From the NCBI GenBank assembly GCA_964428495.1, contig CAYRXY010000003.1, positions 9,588 through 73,587 on the forward strand: a stretch of DNA of 64,000 nucleotides, given 5' to 3'. Positions within the stretch are counted from its first letter, which is position 1; every line of letters begins with the position of its first letter. Of this stretch, positions 50,326 through 62,900 are shown piece by piece. The notes below the pieces were generated by a model. The model made no database searches. It saw only the letters and a list, made by a program, of their open reading frames with translations, and was not told the origin of the DNA. This DNA is from an uncultured archaeon. Its GTDB lineage: Archaea > Aenigmatarchaeota > Aenigmatarchaeia > GW2011-AR5 > JAHLMP01. The position numbers and the translations under genes are program-made.

Positions 50326-50687
50326 TTTTCAATCACTTTTACTTTATAATATTTTTTCTTTTCTTTTATTTCTCCTTCAAGTATTCCTTGAGATTCCAAA
50401 AATCTTAGATATTGATTTGCACGCGTTCGTGAAATACCAAGCTTCTTTCCAGCTTCTTTGGCTGTCATTGGTTTTTGCTTTAATAAAAATAATATTTGTT
50501 TTTCCTTCTTCGGATTGAGATCGTTCTTACCCTCTTTCAATCTCTTCTCTAAGCGCTCCACACGATGGCCAAGCTCTTTAAGCATTATTACAATTTCCTC
50601 TTTAACCTCTCTTACCTGAATTTTTCTTGGTTCACCAACAAGATTTTTTACCTTCAGTAAATCTTCAGAGACTTCAATCCTTCTCAT
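50322..50687 (-). CDS. Coiled coil + winged-HTH transcription regulator
   Basis: PMTAKEAGKKLGISRTRANQYLRFLESQGIL...KKYY. Confidence 0.8.
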   Translation of the reverse strand: MRRIEVSEDLLKVKNLVGEPRKIQVREVKEEIVIMLKELGHRVERLEKRLKEGKNDLNPKKEKQILFLLKQKPMTAKEAGKKLGISRTRANQYLRFLESQGILEGEIKEKKKYYKVKVIEK

Positions 50688-50875
50688 TTCAATTATTATT
50701 ATCACTTAACCTCTTTATAAATTTGATGGCCAACAGTTTTTTAGAAAAATGGCTGAAAATTGCAAATTTTTTGATATATGAATGTGTTTGCAAACACGTT
50801 ATAAAAGCTTATACTTCCCAACACTTATATTCTAATAGACAATTGGCGTCGGTAGTTAACATTAGGTGAAGTTAG

Positions 50876-51910
50876 ATGAAACAAGTAATTTTATTTTCGC
50901 TCTTAGTATTGTTATGTATATTTCCAGCTCAGTCCTTTGGCGGTTCAGTGCAAACGTGGCCAAAAAATGGAATATTAAATACGATCAATGATTTGATCGG
51001 AGGGGTCGTTAACTTTTTTGAAGGAATTGGAAGTAGCATTACGGGTATGATTACAGCAGTTCCAAAGGGTAGTATCCCATCTAGTGGTACAAAAATCCCA
51101 ACCACACCTACTTCACCAGAACCTATGACAACTCTATCTACAACAACGTCTACAAGCACTTCAACGTCTACCACTACATCGATCGCTACAACAACTACCA
51201 TTCCGACAACAAGCACTTCGACAACCACTACAAGCACTGTTGAGACAACTATACCTACAACTACAACCATAGAACCAACCACTACTGTCAATGAAACAAC
51301 GACAACGATCGAACCTAATACAACAACTACAGTGAACGAAACGACAACTACCATCAATGAAACTACTATCCTTCCTGTAGAAGCTCAGACAAAGAATATA
51401 ACTAGTAATGAAACCACTACCACAGTGGAAACGACTACCACGATAAATCAAACCTTGAACAATGCATTAAACCAAAATAATACCCTAAATGAAACAAATA
51501 TCACACTCACTACTCTACCTTCGACAACTAGTACAATCCTGACTACGACTAGTACGATACCGACAACTACAAGCACTCTGGAAACTACAACCGTGCCAAC
51601 AACGTTGGAAACAACAACTACGTTAAATGAAACCGAACTTCCAAACCTTGTGATTGGTGTTGCTATGCCCAAGAAGATAACAAGAGGACAAAAGTTTTCC
51701 ATAACTGTTAGCGTAAACAATCTAGGAGGTCCGGCTTCGGGACTTGATGTATCATTACTGCTTCCGGATGGATTTGAGGTAATAAGTTATGACTCTGATT
51801 GTTCGTCATTATCATATGGTCAAACCTGTTCAGCGTTGTTCGTTGTGAACAGCTCCCTATCTGCATCTCTGGGGGCAAATAATTTTGGTGTGTTGGTGAG
51901 ATATGAATAA
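50876..51910 (+). CDS. Thr-rich mucin-like secreted protein with a C-terminal Ig/CARDB-like domain
   Basis: Signal peptide, ~180-aa Thr/Ser/Pro tract with many N-x-T sequons, C-terminal V.N.GG.A..L.V.L.LPDGF domain. Confidence 0.85.
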   Translation: MKQVILFSLLVLLCIFPAQSFGGSVQTWPKNGILNTINDLIGGVVNFFEGIGSSITGMITAVPKGSIPSSGTKIPTTPTSPEPMTTLSTTTSTSTSTSTTTSIATTTTIPTTSTSTTTTSTVETTIPTTTTIEPTTTVNETTTTIEPNTTTTVNETTTTINETTILPVEAQTKNITSNETTTTVETTTTINQTLNNALNQNNTLNETNITLTTLPSTTSTILTTTSTIPTTTSTLETTTVPTTLETTTTLNETELPNLVIGVAMPKKITRGQKFSITVSVNNLGGPASGLDVSLLLPDGFEVISYDSDCSSLSYGQTCSALFVVNSSLSASLGANNFGVLVRYE

Positions 51911-53969
51911 AGGAGTAAGTAGTGTAATAGCTGCTGTAATATTGGCATCGGTAATAGCTGTATCTGGACTTGCAGCTGTAAAGCTTTCGACTACAGGACT
52001 TCTCACAGCTGGAAAGATGAAGCAGCAAACATTACCTATGGAAGTGTTTGCTAATACGAATCTAAAACTTTGGTTAGAAAACGATACTCTAAAGGCAAAA
52101 TTAATATTAGACAATGAAACACCAGTCTCTGGTGAAACCGTCTATTTCTCATTTGATCAAAGTAAATACTCCGCCACCACAGATAAGAGTGGTGTCGCTT
52201 CTGTTAAAATAGGAAACTATTCCGGCGCCATTGTCGCATCCTATCCGGGAAATGGTAAGAAATACCTGAATGGGGTAGAGGAAAGTATTAGCACAGAGGA
52301 ACTGGATCTAAGTCAGATTCTTCCTCCTGAAGCAAAGAATGTAGTAGTTAAGGAAAAGGAAACGAGGAAGGTATTAAAGACATTCACGAGAGTAAAAAAT
52401 GTAAAACTGAAGATAATTACACCGAAAACTTCTCTTTTAACAGGGTTTGCTACAAAATCTGAATCATCTAAAATAATAGTTAAGAAACAAATTAGAGCCG
52501 TACTGAATCAACCTGTAAAGTGGAAAATAGATACCGGAAATTACGAAATCGAATATGAAACATCAAAACCAATTGCGAAGGAAATTATGCTGGGAAAAAG
52601 AAAGAAGATAATCGTAGAGTCGAATGCATCAGATCATTATTATAATATTTCCGCATTTACCACGATACCAGAACTCAGCTTTCAACCCCGTCTTTACCAC
52701 ATCGTAAATGGTCAGCGCATCGACGTGACAAATGATCCAAGGTACAACGTCTCCTACTGGGATACGAATGGTAACGGCTTATATGACAAGATTACGTGGA
52801 TTGTTCCGATGTTGAGTAACGATACATACGAAATCGATCTAACAATTCTTAATCTTCAATCTTACCCTACCGTCGGTGGAAACTGGACTGTTAAATTCAC
52901 AACACAAGGTACTGCCGACCTATGGATCAGACCTGTTAACGGAACTACATGGTCGCTCTCTTCCTCAGACAATACCGATCTTCAATTCTTAGATATTCGT
53001 TGTGGTAACGAATCAGTCAACTACCAATGGATTAACGGCTCTGTTTATGTATTGGGCTGGTCATGTAATGAAACAGGATATGAAATTAGTCATGTAAAGA
53101 CTCATGGTCATCATTACTTAGAATTCAAATTTGGTAATACAACAAAGTATGCAGAAAATTTTGCCAGTGGTCAAACAATCTGCGGTGTGACATTTAGTAA
53201 TATTACATACGAATTTTTGAACCCATATGGTAATACAATTTTAGCAGTGGATGACAACGGAAATGTCTTGATCAAAAGTACAAATGTTCATACAAGTACT
53301 GCACCGTCATCTGCACCAGTAAATGGTTTTGGAATTCAAATAAATGGTGTCTGGAATTGGACATTTAATGCAAGTGATGCCTACATTTCTGGTAATATTC
53401 AACGATCAATAATATTACCAACATCGGCGGGAGCGAACGATGTTCTCATAGTAAACGCTAGCAATGGCGTTCCACTCCTTTACTTTAATGGATCTTCTGG
53501 TGATCTATTAGCAAAAGGAGTTGTAGTTTATCAGGGAGCACAACTAAATTGTCCATCTGATGGATATTATTGCTATGCGACATATTATAGGGAACATAGA
53601 AATTATTATTGTAATGTATCATCTGGCGACTGTGATTATACCTACTCAAATCGAATAGATTGTAGAAAATACTGTAAAGATATTTGTCATAGATATACCG
53701 GATGTTCTAGTGGTGCATGTAGTGGATCTACTGCTTGTGCAGATAACTATCATTGTAAAGTTGGTTCAGGATGTATATCAGGTGATGGGTGTAGTGGATA
53801 TAAATTATGTTCATGCTCAGGTGGATCAGCAACATGTGTCTGTAACAAAGCGACATGTCATGCACCATGTGCAACTCATTCAGATTGCCCTTCAGGGTAT
53901 TGCTGTGACATGGGTACTTGTACTTGTTATAAATCTGATGGTAGTCTTTGTCCGGGTATGAACATATAA
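51903..53969 (+). CDS. Large pilin-signal surface protein/adhesin with a Cys-rich C-terminus
   Basis: Class III signal MNKG|VSSVIAAVILASVI; DTNGNGLYD Ca-binding-like loop; 25 Cys in the last ~140 aa. Confidence 0.82.
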   Translation: MNKGVSSVIAAVILASVIAVSGLAAVKLSTTGLLTAGKMKQQTLPMEVFANTNLKLWLENDTLKAKLILDNETPVSGETVYFSFDQSKYSATTDKSGVASVKIGNYSGAIVASYPGNGKKYLNGVEESISTEELDLSQILPPEAKNVVVKEKETRKVLKTFTRVKNVKLKIITPKTSLLTGFATKSESSKIIVKKQIRAVLNQPVKWKIDTGNYEIEYETSKPIAKEIMLGKRKKIIVESNASDHYYNISAFTTIPELSFQPRLYHIVNGQRIDVTNDPRYNVSYWDTNGNGLYDKITWIVPMLSNDTYEIDLTILNLQSYPTVGGNWTVKFTTQGTADLWIRPVNGTTWSLSSSDNTDLQFLDIRCGNESVNYQWINGSVYVLGWSCNETGYEISHVKTHGHHYLEFKFGNTTKYAENFASGQTICGVTFSNITYEFLNPYGNTILAVDDNGNVLIKSTNVHTSTAPSSAPVNGFGIQINGVWNWTFNASDAYISGNIQRSIILPTSAGANDVLIVNASNGVPLLYFNGSSGDLLAKGVVVYQGAQLNCPSDGYYCYATYYREHRNYYCNVSSGDCDYTYSNRIDCRKYCKDICHRYTGCSSGACSGSTACADNYHCKVGSGCISGDGCSGYKLCSCSGGSATCVCNKATCHAPCATHSDCPSGYCCDMGTCTCYKSDGSLCPGMNI

Positions 53970-53984
53970 ATACGTGTGAGTAAT

Positions 53985-56900
53985 ATGATAAAAAAAATAA
54001 TATCGGCCGCGATTTTAATGTTATTTATATTATCCACTATAGCCTTTTCTTTACCCATATCTTCATCTTACATAGAATCTGGGAATAGTGCGACAGTTCA
54101 AATGAACTCTGGTTCTGTATTTTATGGAGAGGTTGATGCTGGTCAGGTCGTTTCTTGGAAATATCTGAAGTATCAAATTTCTGGAACTGGTATTACTGCA
54201 CAAGCTATGGTTAATGTTTCTGACTATGAAAACTTTGCCTCTGTAAAAGGTAGTACTGGTTGGTTTTCTATTAACGCAGATGGCGTACTTGATATTAAAG
54301 AATTATCATCAACATTTAACCTTCCATATGCACGATATGCTCGATTCGCAATAAAAGGAACTGGAGGAGCCTGGCAAATTGATCAATCATGGTTAGAAAT
54401 TTCCACCGGTCCTGATGTATTTCAACCAAAAACGTATTCTACTACAGGAACAGAAAAAACAACATTTAATGATGGTGATAATGTTGTAATAAAAGTGAAC
54501 GTTACAGATCCTGATGGGGCATCTGACATAGGTAGTGTATTGATAAACATAACTGATCCAAACGGTGTTTCAAGAGTTATAAATGGAGTAATGAGTGTTG
54601 ACTCTTCTATAAGTTACGGAAAAACGTATAGATATAACTTTTCAACTACAAATGTAAATGGGACTTGGTCCTTTACAATAGTGGCAAAAGATTCTACTGA
54701 AAAAACCGATTCAAAAGCTGGATCCTTTGTTATAGTTGATACACATGCACCAACCATTACTCTAAATTCTCCAGCTAACAATGATTGGACAAACAATAAT
54801 AAACCCACATTCTACTTTACACCTGATGATTATATTGATCCGGTTTTGGATTGTAGTCTTTACATTGATGGAAATGCCTGCGGTTCAACAACTGCAGATA
54901 GAGGACAACAATCAAGTATAACATCTACATGTACATTAACTGTTGGAGCTCACAATTGGTATATCAAATGTACAGATGATAAGGGTAATACCGGCCAATC
55001 ATCAGAAACGTGGACGATAAACATTGACACCACTCCACCAACCTATACTTGGCTTTCTCCATTGAGTGGAAGTTGGTATAAAGATGGAGATTCAATTAGT
55101 ATTGATGTTGATGTTTCTGATGGAACAGGTGTCGGAATAAATGATGGGGAAAATTGTAATGTAGAGATAGATGATTCAACGACATCGTTTACGGGGACAG
55201 TTACTTATAGTAGTGCGACAGGTAAATGTACTGGAACGATAAAGCTGAATAATCCATCAAATCTAGCAGAAGGTTCAAATTCTCATTCGATAACTGTTAG
55301 TGTTCCTGACAAGTTAGATAATGTACAGACATCTTCAGGACTGTTAATTTCGATTGATAATACTCCACCAACGATAACTTATGTAACTCTAAGTGATTAT
55401 GATGTTCAACCGGGGACAACAATCACGGTAACTACGGATGGCTCTGATTCACTTAGTAGCATAAATACTTGTCATGCTTATCTTGATGATGACACAAACT
55501 ATGGAAATGGATATCTAGATGACTTGGGTGAGTTAGGAACCGACTGTAGTGGACCTGTAACATTACCTTCTGTTAGCAACGGAATCTATTATATAGTCGT
55601 TAGACCAGTGGATAATGTGGGTCTTTCAAACACGAAGGCAAGTAGTGCGCTTAAAATCGATTCAACTTCCCCATCTTGTTTAATCAAATCAATAAAAGAA
55701 GTTTCTGGAACTGATTATTCTTATGTAAGTGGAACCACGATATGGTACAATAATGTAAGTAGTGGTTCATTCATGGTCAATGTATCTGCAAGTGACGATC
55801 TTGCAGGAGTAAGTAGGGTGGTGTTTCCTGCTACAACATCATCTGGTACAACCGACTATTCATCGCCATATAACCACACATACACCTGGTCTATTGGTTC
55901 GAGTTATTCCAGTACAGCAAATGTAACGTGTTATGATAAGGCAGAAAATTCCGCTACTACTTCATTTACCATAACTTTAGACAATACTCCTCCATCTGAT
56001 GGTTCAATAACTTACACTGATGGTTACTACACAACAAAGAGCGTTTCCATATCATATTCATTAGGTTCTGATAATGTGGGTGGTGTCGGCCTTAACACTG
56101 CAACTGGTAGGATTGAGAGAAACTCAGCACCACTAAGTGGTGGTGTTTGTGGTTCTTGGTCTGGATGGACAACGCTCTTATATGATTCTGATGGAACTCA
56201 TGTAGATGAAACCGTCCAAGATAATTATTGCTATCAGTATATATACAGAATCTGTGACGAAGTAAGCAATTGTAAAAATTACACTTCTACCAATATCGCT
56301 AAAGTGGATTCCGTATTACCAACAATTTCATATATTGAACCACCGACTGAAACAAACAACAGTATTATTCATGAACCATTCATAGAAGTGAAGGTTTCAA
56401 CAAGCGATGCTGGTGCTGGTGTTGATAAGATTACCATCTACCTCTACAGAGCAGATACAAAAGCCGGACCTTACACACTAAATGCGACCAAGACATTATA
56501 CTACTCTGGTCAAACCTCTGCTTCACTCTTGGCAAACTTCACGGGATTGGGAGATGGATTTTACAAGTTCAACGCAACAGTCTGGGATCAAGCAGGAAAC
56601 AAACAATCAACAATGACAAGAACCGTTTCAATAAGTCTTAACCCAACAAACTTAACAGATCTTTCGTATTCCTGTGAAGATGATTGTGGATGGGGTGAAG
56701 CATGGAACTTCACCGCCAACATCACCGACAAAGACAATAATCAACGGCTGAATCTCACGTTGCAGTTGTTTAATAGATCAGGATCCGGAATGTGGGAAAA
56801 CATCGACTCTAAAATAGTGTACAGCAACGGAGATAGTTTTGCCGAGACATTCTCGTTAGATCCTGCCTGGACTAATATAGATTCTAACAAAACAAGGGAG

Positions 56901-59900
56901 TTTAGATTTATGGCCACTGATAACTGGGATGCTACATTCTATAGCGATCCTATAACTGTCGATGTCAAGAGAGATGATGTGCTGTTAAGTATCACAAAAG
57001 GTATTAATGAAATTGTAAACAGGGATGACAGTACCGACTACTCAAATGTAACACTTGAAGCAAGGTTATACGATGTGGATAAAGACGGATACGTAGCTGG
57101 AGAAAACATAGATTTCTTGTTCTTAAATGCTAATGGTTGGATCAAAATAGGATCGTCCACTACAAATGGAAATGGTTACGCTGAATTTATATGGAACCCA
57201 GATTGTACTATCTCACCATTAGGAGAACATCAATGGAGTGTGAACCATTCAACAAGTTCATTATACAAATTTACATCTAACAGTAGTCAAGTAACAATTA
57301 GAGAAAAGCTTCATGTAACCATTTTACAGCCAACTAATGGTGAAATAGTACATAGAAATAAGATATATCAATACTTACGTGCTAGCATTGCCGATTCTTG
57401 TGGGAATGACTTAACATCTAGCTCTACGATAGATTGGTCAACAGGAGCAAAGGGTCCTAGCGTGGAATGGTCAGTACCAGATCAACTAGGGAATTTCACT
57501 ATAACCGTCAATGGAAGTATTTCTGATTCATTTTATGATCCAGGGGACTCGAGTGTCATCGTGAAAATATTTGGATATTCTAAAACCACCGACTTACAAA
57601 CATATGCTCTATGGTCTCATAACGAAACATCAGCAATTAAAGGCGAACCTGTTAAGATAAATTGCAACGTAAATGATGAAAAAGACTCTCCTATATCTAG
57701 CTATCCGGTGAATTTCTCTGTATTCAATTCCACTGGTTCACTAATCTCATCTTATGTAAACTATACCAATTCATCTGGTGTTGCAACGTGGATATGGAAT
57801 ACAAGTGGAAAATCCGTTGAGACTTACACGATAAAATGTTCAATAGATAATATCGAAGATCCTCAAAACCAACTATATTATAGTATTACTAGCGATTATA
57901 ACCAACTACAGAAGAGCTTTGATGTAAAATATCAAGATCGATTACTCCTTGAAACTGATAATAGCTGGATATATAGAAACAACACGTTTAACCCTCACGT
58001 AGCAACAATAACTGCAAAATTCATGAAATCATATGAGGATATGCAAAGTGGATATATAGAATTCACATATAAGAATGGAACACATATAGCCAGTTGTTCA
58101 GCCGATTCATCAGGTACATGTTCAATAACATACGATGAGTCAGACTCCGCAACTCCTGAGGAATATTTAATAAAAGTGGGTGCTGCAAAAGATCTCGATA
58201 ATTTCCTTGATAAAAATTATACTGCAACATCTAATATATCCATAGAAGTAAGAGGTAAATTAAGTCCTGTAACTTTAATCAAACCAATTTCAGAGGCTAA
58301 ATTCAATAAAACGAACTATATAAACTTTTCTTCATCTGTTGAAGATGAAAACGGTAATGTTGTAAATGCTAATGTTTCATATATTCTTTCTGGAAACAAT
58401 AAAGGTGACTTTAGAATAGTAAAGGACGTATCATCTGAAGAGACTAGATGGAAAATATTTAATGATCTAAAACCTGATTCATACTCAATAACTGTAAATG
58501 CAACAAGACCATATTATACAGGTAGTAGTACGCTTGGTTCGAGGAGTATTTACATTTACGGTTTTGCTAACGTCACGAATCTAACATTAGATTATCCTCT
58601 TTACAATGCACCAACAAAGGTAAGCTGTAAGGTAATTGATAGAGACTCATCTGAGCTTCCAATAAGTAAATATAATGTAAGCTTCTGGTATGAGAAGTTG
58701 GGTATATGGACTCTAATAGGGTCTAATCTGACAGACACCAATGGTACTGCTACGATGTGGTGGATTCCTGATATTGTAGGCACAACCAAACTAAAATGTA
58801 ATATTTCTGATCAATTAAAGATATTTTACTATGCAAATCCTTTAGCAAGTGAAGTGATCAATGACACTGTGTCTGTTGGCGATAACGAATCGCCAGAAAT
58901 TCATTCATTTGAAAAAATTGGAACTACACCGTTAGAGGCAAACCATCAGAGCTTGACATTCAAAGCAAACGTAAGCGATAATGTAGAGATAAGTAGTGTA
59001 CGGGTTGAGATTACCGGAGTTGAGAGTGATATTGTTATCTTAAACCCCGAGTCCATAGATGATAGAGGAAATGGAATTTATTCGATAGTTTATACACCAA
59101 AGAAGGGTGGATTTCACTATGCTACATTGTATGTAAATGACACGACTAACAATACCAACTCCAGTGAATCAATTAGCTTTAATGTAATTGGTACTGCTAA
59201 TGAGAGCATGAGTATTACACCAACCTCCGTAACAACGGATGATAACATAACGAGGGATAATCCTTACAACTTTACGCTAAATATTATTGTCAATAACACA
59301 GGATCATCAGATATTATTAACAATGGAACAATGTACAATGTCAACATGTCTCTTGATCTTCCAACCGGTTTCACAACAAAAAATATAACTAAAATATGTG
59401 AATCCGTTCCTGTTGGTGGAACGTGTGAATGGAACCCTGAAATTCAGGTAACGAATATTGTGGATCTCGGTACAAACACAATAACTATTAATGCTAAATG
59501 GAATAACCCAGATAACAGTATATCGACAGATTCTAAATCAATTTCAGTAGATGTTTTGGAACACCCAGAAATATCTATAGAACCTAACCCAGTAATAGGT
59601 ACAGCTAATCACGGAGAGACGATAGAAATACCTATAAATGTTTCAAACTTTGGAAACACAATTCTATATGCAATAGGTTCTTCCTGTTTAACATATACAT
59701 ATCCACTTAATTGTAGCTACATAACTCCATCGATTCCATATAGTTTAAATAAAAATGATACTCAAAGTGGTAATATTGTTGTTAAAATACCAAAAGGTAC
59801 TGATCCTAAACAGTACGAGTGGAAGCTTAGAATTAATTCAACAAAATATGTAAATAGTTATGGTGAATATGTCTCTTGTACTTCACAAGGATGTTATAAA

Positions 59901-62900
59901 GATATTACCGTAGATGTTAATGTAAATGAGGATAAAAGTTGGAGCATCTCACCTAATAAAACAAATCTTTTAGTTCCTATAGAAGATTATAGATCAATAA
60001 ACATAACATTAAACAATACCGGTAATGTTGATAGAAATTGGACTATTTCCACATCGGGCTGTGGTAACATAATTGGTCTAGTTGTATCTCATCCACAGTC
60101 TATATATGTTCCAAAAATCAGTAGCAAGATCATTCCTATAACCATAGATGCAACAAATGCCGAAAATGGTGGAAATTGCACGATAATTATTTCATTCAGT
60201 AATTCTAGTGCAGAACCACAAGCCAATAGCACGGTGATTAACTTAACTGTAGAGGACACCCCACCTAATTTTAATGTTCAGATTCTTCCATACGATTATA
60301 TAGATATGGGCAAAGAGGATGTTACAATAAACGCAACCGTGGGTGATAATAAATTAGTTATCTATGATGGTATCAATCTTACAAAACCAGACGGATCAAC
60401 TATAGTTCTAGTTGGAAAGAAAAGTGTTAGTCGACCATCTGATACAATGACACATGTCATCTTAAGTTCAGAATTAGACCAGCCAGGAGAATATAAAGTA
60501 AAGGTCTATGCATGGGATAATGCCAATCCAAGTAAATATAATGAAACTATTATAACTTTCCATGTATACCCAACAACATCTTTAGCATTAAAGACTAACT
60601 ATACGTCAACTACTATGTTGAATACTGTAGAAGTAAATGGAATAACAGCAGAGGATTCAAAGACTGTATCAGTTAACGTGACTATTAATAACACAAAGAG
60701 GATTGGAGCTTATAATGTTAATCTAACAGGAATCAATGGTCCATTGAATAAAAAATTCACTTTAACACCATCATCACAATACTACAATAAAATAAAGATA
60801 CCTCCTGTTATAAGTAAGGTATTCAATATAACGATACCCGCAGGTACACCACCTTCAGGCTCTACAGAATACTATGTTACATTCGGAGCTCGATGGGAGA
60901 ATCCGGATGGAACAATTGACTCTACTTCAACCCCCTTCTATATTAAAGTAAACCCGACGAAAATATTAGAGATCACATCCAATTCATCGACCTATACCGT
61001 TCCTCACGCATCAAAGAAAACAATAAATATTACTTTATATTCAAGAGGTAATGCTCCTATCGATAACATAAAATTATCATGTGTACCAGTCGGATTGATA
61101 GATTATTGTAAGAATTTCAGCGTATCTATTACACCATCAAGCACAAGTTTAGGAGCCGGAGAAAAGACAATAGCTAAAATGACATTAAATGTCCCATTCA
61201 CATATCCTCCTGGAGACTATAATATAAAAATCGTTGCAAATTCATCAGACTTAAATGACGTAGTAAGTCTTCCTTTAACTATTCACGTACCTGTAGACAC
61301 AACTTGGAACTTAACTCCAACACAATACAACTTCACAACAGGTAGTGGAAGCTATGGATACTTCTATGTCAACGTTTCATCATACGCAAACGTTAACTTA
61401 AGCTTTACAACATCTTACACCAATCCAAACATAACGGCTTCTGAAACAACCTTCACACTCAAAAAAGGCACACTTCGCCTCCTAAAAATTAATTATACGG
61501 CACCAGAACTTGCTGAGAATGAAAATGAAAGAAATATTACTGGAAATGTAACTGTTTCATGTACTGATTGTGGACCTCTACAAAATCAAATACAATCCTC
61601 CACTCTCAATGCAAACATGAGAGTACTTCCATTCAAGCTTTATATAGAAAATATTGAACCGACTAATGATATAAGAGCTGGAGACGAAATTCAGGCAATA
61701 GTAAATGTTACATTTGCGGGTCAAATCTTAACAGATCCAAAACTCGTAGCATTCAATGCATATATAGGAGATAAACCATGTGAAACTACAAGTGAATTAT
61801 TCAATATAAGTAAATGGAAGGTAAGATTCAAAGCACCAACACTCCCAGACGGGAAGAATTACACGTTGAGAATAGAAGCTATTCAACTACAATACAATGC
61901 AAGAACTCCAAGATATTTCAATTACATCCATTATAAAGACGTGACCCCTCCTAACATAACATCTGTTAAAACGAGCTTCATAGAACCACAAAAACCTGAA
62001 GAAATATACGTTAATGTAACCGACAATGTTAAGGTAGACAAAGTCTGGATAGTAATATACCACAATGGATCCGTATTTGGAAGCTTTAATTTAACTAACC
62101 TTACAACTAACTTCGTAAATTCAAAATGGAAATGGAAATCACCAGCATTAACTCTCCCAGGAGATTATGATGTTGTAATTTATGCAAATGATACTACTGG
62201 TAATATAGCAAACCTAAGTACATGGTTCAGAGTTAATCAAAAGGTTAGAATAGAGGGAATTGTAAAAGATGTTAAAGAAAATCCAGTACCAGTAGAATTA
62301 GGAATTTATAAGAATACAAAAGCTGGAATAGGTTCGTACATGGTTACAAAAATCATGAATCATACTGGAAGTTACAACGTAAGTATACCTAAAGGAAAAT
62401 ATGACATCACGATTAAGGCATTAGGTAATGAATTCACATTCAGAGATGTGAATGTTGAATCCAACTTAACAAATATAACCAGAGTGAGTGATGTTGATCT
62501 AAGTGTTGTAACTTCACAACTACCTCTAGAGGGGGGACAATTACTAGGAGCGATAGGAATTGAACATAACATTTCATATTCATCTGCAGATGTTATCTTG
62601 AACTTTTCATCAGAAAATCTGATTCCAGGAGATCTCGGACTGAAGAATATTGAGGTATATAGATGTGATGATTGGGACTTTGATAATCAAACATGTAATG
62701 GTGAATGGACCAAGGTAGAAAATACTGAGGTTGATGTGGCAAACTTACTCATAAAGGTACCGTCAACAAAGCTTTGTGCATTTGTAATTGTAAAACCAGC
62801 TGTTGCACCTTCTACAGTTACAGTTCCGCCACAGCAACCGACATCACCTGGAGGTGGCAGCACAGGCATATCATCTCAGTTAGAAGAGGCTTTAGAGAAA

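Noticed and set aside
1386..50869. Numerous 60-185 aa ORFs overlapping well-supported genes on the opposite strand or in another frame
   Set aside because: They have no motifs, atypical composition and are nested in confident CDSs.
50929..52114. Val-rich hydrophobic minus-strand ORFs
   Set aside because: Antisense shadows of the Thr-rich (ACN codon) gene.
53540..53969. Possible diversity-generating retroelement variable region in the Cys-rich tip
   Set aside because: No template repeat and no reverse transcriptase seen in the window.
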